64,000 nucleotides of DNA from Diplonema japonicum (lineage: Eukaryota; Protista; Euglenozoa: Diplonemea). Each line of letters opens with the position of its first letter. Position 1 is the first letter of the stretch. Made by a program: the position numbers and the translations under genes. The stretch is taken from contig OZ025678.1 in assembly GCA_964019335.1 (NCBI GenBank), positions 62,001 through 126,000 on the forward strand, written 5' to 3'. Shown here piece by piece: positions 58,107-64,000 of this stretch. The notes under the pieces are model-generated. The model searched no databases and was not told the origin of the DNA. It was given only the letters and a program-made list of their open reading frames with translations.

Positions 58107-59126
58107 TCTTCTTCCAAACGTTCTCTTATTTGTAGCCATTTTCCCTCTTTTTTTTTGTTCTTCTATTATTCTCTGTTCAGTAATTCCCACCCCAACCCCC
58201 ATCTCAGTCCTGCTGTTTTCTCTGTTGCGAGCTCCCGACTAGAGAAGGGGGGGAAATGAGAAGAAGGGGGGGAAAAAAAAAGAAAGAAATTCTTTTTTTT
58301 TCTTTTAAATGTAAACCCTCTTATTCCATTATTTCTTTTTTATTGTTACGTGTCCATTATCGGGCATATATTTGAAGTATGCTTGCCGCTAAAGCGGGGG
58401 GAAAAAAAAAGAAAAGAAAAGAAAAGAAAAGAAAAAAAATCGAAGACAATAATTAAGAGGTTTACTGTACCGTTCAATGCTTTTTTTTTTTCTCTTCTTT
58501 CATTATGTTATTATCTTCCTCTCCCACACACCCTTCCCCCCCTGAGTGAAGTTGGCGAAACGGGGTGGCAGTGTTTTGTTACCTTTTTTTTCCCCCGAAG
58601 ATTTTCCGTGTTCCTATCTGGAGCGTGGATCGGGAATTCTGTCCAAAAAAAGAAAGAAAAAGAAGAAAGAGACACCGGTACACGTGAGTGGGGTTTGCAA
58701 TAGATTGTTAATGTTCTTCTTTACCCCCCCCCCCCCCCCGGTGTCTTGGACCTGGTTTTTTTTTTAAATTACTATTGTTTTTTTTTTCTCGTGTACTTTC
58801 GCGTACAATATCAACTCTCTTGTTTTTTTTTTTTGTTTTTTTTGTTTTTTTTTTTTTTGCTCGTTTCATCTAGGTTCCGGAAGTTATCTCACACACGGAA
58901 CATTTTCTGTGCCTCTTGCGATTTCTTCTTCTTCTTTTTTTTTTTCTTTTCATCGTGATTATTCTTTGTTTTTGTGCGCATCGAGAAAAAAAAAAAAAAA
59001 GAGGTCGAAGCTTTCTCCATCTTGCCATCACTCGACTATTCTTTTTGTTTTTGTTTTCATTTTCTTTTCTGTTCTTCCATTTACTTACTGTATCAAATAA
59101 AAAAAGGGGGGGGGAGAGGGGAAAAC

Positions 59127-60518
59127 ATGGTGTCGGAATTGAGCAAAGTATTGAAGAAAAAGAACCGGGCGGCCGCGTTCACAGAATATGTACGGAAAAT
59201 ACTAGACATCACAGAATCAATTAAAGACTTCGAGTCTTACAACGAAACACAAAAAGCCGGTTTCGGGACACTGGTGAAGGAGGTAATAAAACTGGACCTT
59301 GTGAACGGCCTCTGCGACGCTGTTATCAAACAGCTCAGGACAATGCTGGAAAGGCACACCGAATTAGCCTACTACGCCATGATTGCCGTAAGAGAAGCAA
59401 TAACAGAATCGGCCGACGAGACCATCGGCGACAAAAGAAAAAGAACCGACACCACCGAACCCGTATGCTTCAAAAACATTTTCGGCCTCCTCCACAAAAT
59501 TCCGGTCCCGACAAAGAAAGGCGACACCCTTTCATTTTACCACGAAAAATTTTTAACCGCGAAAAGAGATGCCCAAAAGGAGGAGTTGAAGGAAGCAACG
59601 GCAGGGATGAAATCTAGAGCACGCAACAACAAAATGAAAGAGGGCTTCCTGATGCTTTTCACCCCATCAGCCCATCAACGGATGTTCACAGAGATGTGGA
59701 TCTCGATCTTAAACAGACAGGATCTCCCTATAGAATGTGTCATGTCCATGCTGGAGACCATGCATGTTGATGTTCTCCCATTTTTGTCATCACCGTTGAT
59801 GGTTTTCGATTTTCTTTCCGACGCGTTGTCGGAGGGCGGTCTGGAAGGCATTCTTGCACTGAACGGTCTCTTCGTGCTCATTACAGAACACAGTCTTGAA
59901 TATCCATCGTTCTTTGACAAACTGTACAGCTTGTTGACACCTGATGTGTGTGTTATGCAGCATCGGGGTTTGTTTTTCGAACTGGTTGGAAAATTTCTGG
60001 GGTCGATCGGGTTATCGTCCAACCTCCTTGCTGCGTTTGTGAAGAGGATATGCAGGTTGTCCCTCCATGCACCTACACCCGCAGTTTTCTTTCTCATCTC
60101 GTTAGTTAAAATGTTGCTCATAAAAAACCCGCAATTGATGCCGCTTATTCACCGTAGTTCGCCGGAACCTGAAGACGCTCAGCTTTGGGAAGGTCATGAT
60201 CCTTATATCGCTGATGAACCTCTTCCCGAAAGCAGCAAGGCTCTCGGGTCGTCCCTGTGGGAAGTTCGTGCGCTCATTAACCACTACAACCCCACAATTT
60301 CCTCCACTGCAAAAGAACTCCTCGATGAGCTGAAGCAGCCCATTGGTGGGTCGGCTCCAGTTGTGTTCTCACGTGCGTCGCGGACCTATGGGAAGATGAT
60401 CAACAGAGAGGTGTTAAAGGACATCACAGGTATCCCCACCACAGCCTATTCTGAACCGTTGGGCTTTAAGAGCGAAGAGTTCAAACTAACAGCAGTGGGT
60501 GCAGGGTTTACCTTTTAG
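59127..60518 (+). CDS. NOC4: Nucleolar complex protein 4 (CBF/Mak21 family)
   Basis: DFLSD, ALNGLFVLI..H.LEYP.FFDKLYSLL, AAFVKR..RLSL.AP, ALGSSLWEV....HY.P. Confidence 0.92.
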   Translation: MVSELSKVLKKKNRAAAFTEYVRKILDITESIKDFESYNETQKAGFGTLVKEVIKLDLVNGLCDAVIKQLRTMLERHTELAYYAMIAVREAITESADETIGDKRKRTDTTEPVCFKNIFGLLHKIPVPTKKGDTLSFYHEKFLTAKRDAQKEELKEATAGMKSRARNNKMKEGFLMLFTPSAHQRMFTEMWISILNRQDLPIECVMSMLETMHVDVLPFLSSPLMVFDFLSDALSEGGLEGILALNGLFVLITEHSLEYPSFFDKLYSLLTPDVCVMQHRGLFFELVGKFLGSIGLSSNLLAAFVKRICRLSLHAPTPAVFFLISLVKMLLIKNPQLMPLIHRSSPEPEDAQLWEGHDPYIADEPLPESSKALGSSLWEVRALINHYNPTISSTAKELLDELKQPIGGSAPVVFSRASRTYGKMINREVLKDITGIPTTAYSEPLGFKSEEFKLTAVGAGFTF

Positions 60519-60722
60519 TGTGTTTTTCTTCTTTCTTTTTTTTTTTCTTCTTTTTTGATTCACCCACTCTTTTTTTTTTTTTTATATTCACATCATCATA
60601 CAAAAAAAAAAGATCATATTCGGCTATTTTTTTCTTGTTCCCCTTCCATTTTATTTTATTTCCTTTTGTAGGCAACAAAAAACAGGGAAAGGGGGGGGGG
60701 GGGGGGGGGGTAGGATAGGACC

Positions 60723-61142
60723 ATGTCTGTCCCTACTCCGACAAAAATAATTCTGAAGGATGTGGATGGTGACTGGACAACAACAGGGATTTTGTGCATG
60801 GTGATTGGGTGCTCGATGTTGTGCGTGGGTATTGGTGTGGCTATTGCTGGGTTGGTCTGGCAGCACAGGTCCGTGCAAATACAGCAGGCTCTTCGCCGGC
60901 GGGGATTGATAGGATCCGGGTGGGGTATGGGCGTTGTTCTGGACTGTGACGACGAAGATAGCACCGTCTGTGCGGCTGCACAGTTCTCACACCCAGCCGC
61001 CGACCTCCCCTCCTCGGGCATCAATTTCATGCACAGTGTCAACACAACAGCGAAATCCGCTTACGAATCCATGACAGCTAAACCACCGAAGGCCTCTACA
61101 CCAGCTGACCGGGAGGCTGCGAGAATGCAACTCCTTGAGTGA
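60723..61142 (+). CDS. Small single-TM hypothetical protein
   Basis: One hydrophobic helix followed by a basic patch. Confidence 0.55.
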   Translation: MSVPTPTKIILKDVDGDWTTTGILCMVIGCSMLCVGIGVAIAGLVWQHRSVQIQQALRRRGLIGSGWGMGVVLDCDDEDSTVCAAAQFSHPAADLPSSGINFMHSVNTTAKSAYESMTAKPPKASTPADREAARMQLLE

Positions 61143-61190
61143 AACAAAAAAAAAAAGAAAAAAAATAGAAAAAAAAATTTTTGTTGTGTA

Positions 61191-61224
<34 letters not shown>

Positions 61225-61231
61225 GTTCCCG

Positions 61232-61277
<46 letters not shown>

Positions 61278-61317
61278 AAAAAATACACATTTCCACCCTT
61301 CGATTTATGTTGCGCAC

Positions 61318-62791
61318 ATGGAACGCACGGAGGAGGTGGTTCCTGACGTTGTTGGAGATGTCGCGGATGAAATAAAGACGAAGACCGCGGTCGGGATTAC
61401 AGATAACGTTGTGGAATCTGTCGGAGAATCGATATACGACAGGGAGCTAAGCTTGAAGCAGAAGATCCACGCAGTGTTCGATGCCACAGGACCGAACGAG
61501 GAGTGGTACAGCACCAGCATCAGACGGACCACGGCGGCGCTGATCTTTTCCATGTCGTTCCTGATGATCGTGTTGAGCTGCACAACCTTCACCATCGAGA
61601 CCATGCCCGAGTATTACAAACGAGAATTGATAGAATTCTATCTTATAGAAGCGGTGTGCATCAGCTGGTTCACGTTCGAGCTCCTCATCCGATTCTTCAC
61701 GTGTGACTCGAAAAAACAATTCGCCAAGGATCTTCTCAACTGGGTCGATTTAATATCCATCTTGCCTTTCTACACCGATTTGCTAGTATCGAATGTTTCA
61801 GGCTCCGACGCTAAAGCAGACGGTCTCATCGTGTTGCGGGCGGTGCGCCTCACCCGAGTATTCAGAGTGTTCAAGTTGTCGAAATACAGCGAGGGAATTC
61901 AAATGGTGTTTGTTGCAGTGAAGAGGTCCACCGACGCATTGTCCCTTCTTGTCTTCCTCATGGCGATTGCGATGGTATGGGGAGAAGGGGAGGGGTGGGG
62001 GAAAAAAAATAATAAGGTGCTGTTCGGATCTGGCATATACTTTGCCGAGCAGTCCGCCGCGTCCTGGGACCCCGTGAACAAAACGTGGATTCGAAAAGCG
62101 GAGTACGGCGGCCCTTCTGCAGAGCACAAGATCAAGTCCATTCCGTATGGGTTCTGGTGGTGTTTGGGTATGAGGATGGTTTTTTTTTCAAAAAACAAAA
62201 AAAACAAAAAAAAGTTACCGTGACCACCGTAGGGTACGGCGATATGTATCCCGTAACATTCTGGGGGCACATCGTTGGGACCATCACCATGCTGACTGGG
62301 CTGCTGTATGTTGTTCAAAAAAGAGGGTGGGGAGAAACACACACAAACACAGAATTGTGGCATTTCCTATTATAATTTTAGGGGCGAATTTCCAGGACGT
62401 GCAGCAAGAGTTCAAAGAATCAAAACGGAAGAAAAAACTTCTTTTAGAAATGACAGAAATGGCAAGGTCTCGGGTAGGGAGGATGAGGGCTGCAGCACCC
62501 AGTGACGAGCCATCGGGCGACAGCAGCAGCGGCAGTAGTAGCGAACCTCCTGCATCTTTCCTAGGCAGAGGCGGCTTCAGGAAGAAGACCGATCCCTCTG
62601 TGGATCAGGACATAAAGATGCGGCTGCAGGAGGCGCTGCTTCGTGAACTGATCGAGACTGTTAGGTGTTCGCAGCATGAAATCCTTCGCCGAGTTGATAA
62701 CATTGAACAGCACCTGTCAGTGCCACCTGTACCACTGTCCCCCTTGTCGCCCCCTTCCCGAGAACACCCTTTAGCAGTCCCCGACCAGTAG
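61318..62791 (+). CDS. Voltage-gated K+ channel (Shaker-superfamily-like, no T1 domain seen); introns 61975-62016, 62168-62214, 62306-62352
   Basis: S4 LRAVRLTRVFRVFKLSKY; pore WWCL|VTVTTVGYGD restored by splicing; S6 IVAFPIIILGANF. Confidence 0.93.
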
Positions 62792-62829
62792 ATGTGGGGG
62801 GGGGGAGTTTTTTTTCTCTTTTTTTTCTA

Positions 62830-64000
62830 TATGGGTCGATTTCAAAAAAACCCCCCCAAAATGAGGCCAATTGACACTTTCGTTGCATCTTTGGGCATGC
62901 CGCCCCCTTTAAAAAAAATTCTCCATATTTCCCGGCCCATATTAAGAAAGAACCCGTGTCAGAAATCGCTCAAGGGTGCTATTTTGACCTATGAAAAATT
63001 CAGTCTTAGGGTCAAAATCGGGTTTTAGTGGTTTTGGTAAAGTCGGAGAGTATGCTTTCAATAGCAAGAAATAGCGGAACTCACTGCTAGAAGGTGGCTG
63101 AAATGATGTTGGAAGTGGAAACCTTCATTTCCTAGTCTTCTGCGGCTGAGATGTGCTGCTGCTGAGTGGGCGACCTCGTTTCTTTTTCATACTATTAGGC
63201 CTTCTACCGCATTTTGGGGGGGTTTTAAGAGGCTCATTCGTAGGTGTACTTGGTGCTTTGGGCTTGTCATGGGGTGTCGAGTATTTTTGTAATTTGGTTA
63301 CTATTCTTTCTCGTTTTTCAAGTCCGGGAAGGCTATCAGGAACGTCCTCATACTCATCACAAGATTCTTAGACTGGGGGCCTTTTCTCTGCCCTGTCTGC
63401 ATCGAGTTCTTTGATGATGTACTTTAGTTCTTTCTAGCTCGTGGACGCGCACGTAGCAAATACACCCTCCGGTGTGCTCCTGAGCTCATATGCACCTGTA
63501 AATCCGGAAACTCAAGAATTTTCTTTTTGTACGGGCCAAAGACATCAGTAACTACATGCACGGCGCACCGTATCGTATTGGTGATGTTAGCTATTTGTTC
63601 CACAGTTTTAATTGTTGTGGAACGAGGCACCCAAAGCCAAACACGAGAGAGCACACCAAAGTGGCTGTCCCTGTTGTTTTTGCCGTGTTTCTCCCCAGAA
63701 ACCACAGGGAAAACGTCCGATCGGGATATACATAACGAAGACCAAAAGAACAAAGTAGCAAAATTCCTTTGCACGAAAGTGACGCCCACCGTCAGTCCAG
63801 AGTATCCACTCCATTTTTTTCTTTATTTTTTTCTGTGCCCATGCTACTGTGGAACAAGACTTTTCCAACAGTAAGGCCAGCTGCCCTTATTTCATCATGT
63901 GTGATGTGGTCAAGCCTCATGCCTCTGACCAATTGGCGCCGTGTGGTGTCTTGTTGGCTACTAAATCAACCAGAAAATGATAGCAGAAGTGCCGCTAGAA
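62830..64000 (-). mobile_element. Degenerate DDE transposase relic (Sola-like), runs off the window
   Basis: Frameshifted minus-strand motifs WTDGGRHF.AKE and EKHGKNNRDSHFG; opposite strand to host genes; boundary approximate. Confidence 0.6.

Noticed and set aside
1800-61317. Many ORF-track entries rich in poly-F/poly-K, and N-terminal extensions of real genes (6613, 50758, 58974, 61135)
   Set aside because: Translations of intergenic T/A homopolymers with no coding signal
1-64000. tRNA, rRNA, CRISPR arrays, stop-codon reassignment
   Set aside because: None seen; TAA, TAG and TGA all terminate genes, and frame breaks in host genes are explained by introns

Overview
Compact, gene-dense eukaryotic DNA from a flagellated protist, most likely a euglenozoan and diplonemid-like (inference). 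About 34 host protein genes lie on the + strand, several separated by only about 80-120 nt, with homopolymer-rich intergenic DNA. Recognisable genes include importin-7/8, ABCA, BBIP1, mL43, CLUAP1/IFT38, VPS37A-like, TMEM65, SEC61A, a GPAT-like acyltransferase, NOC4 and a Kv channel. I reconstructed 22 GT-AG introns by reading-frame restoration; 21 are 35-58 nt. All have T at +4, and most carry a poly(A) tract instead of a polypyrimidine tract before the AG, some as a T-run/A-run hairpin. Mobile elements are an internally deleted piggyBac, two copies of a LINE-like 3' fragment ending in poly(T) (one inside a CLUAP1 intron), a CpG-depleted TIR element and a Sola-like transposase relic. A tandem trio of cold-shock-domain/RGG genes carries a repeated ~30-aa domain I cannot name, and a triplicated non-coding hairpin lies beside it. 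All calls come from manual reading; no database searches were run, and homopolymer lengths may include sequencing error.
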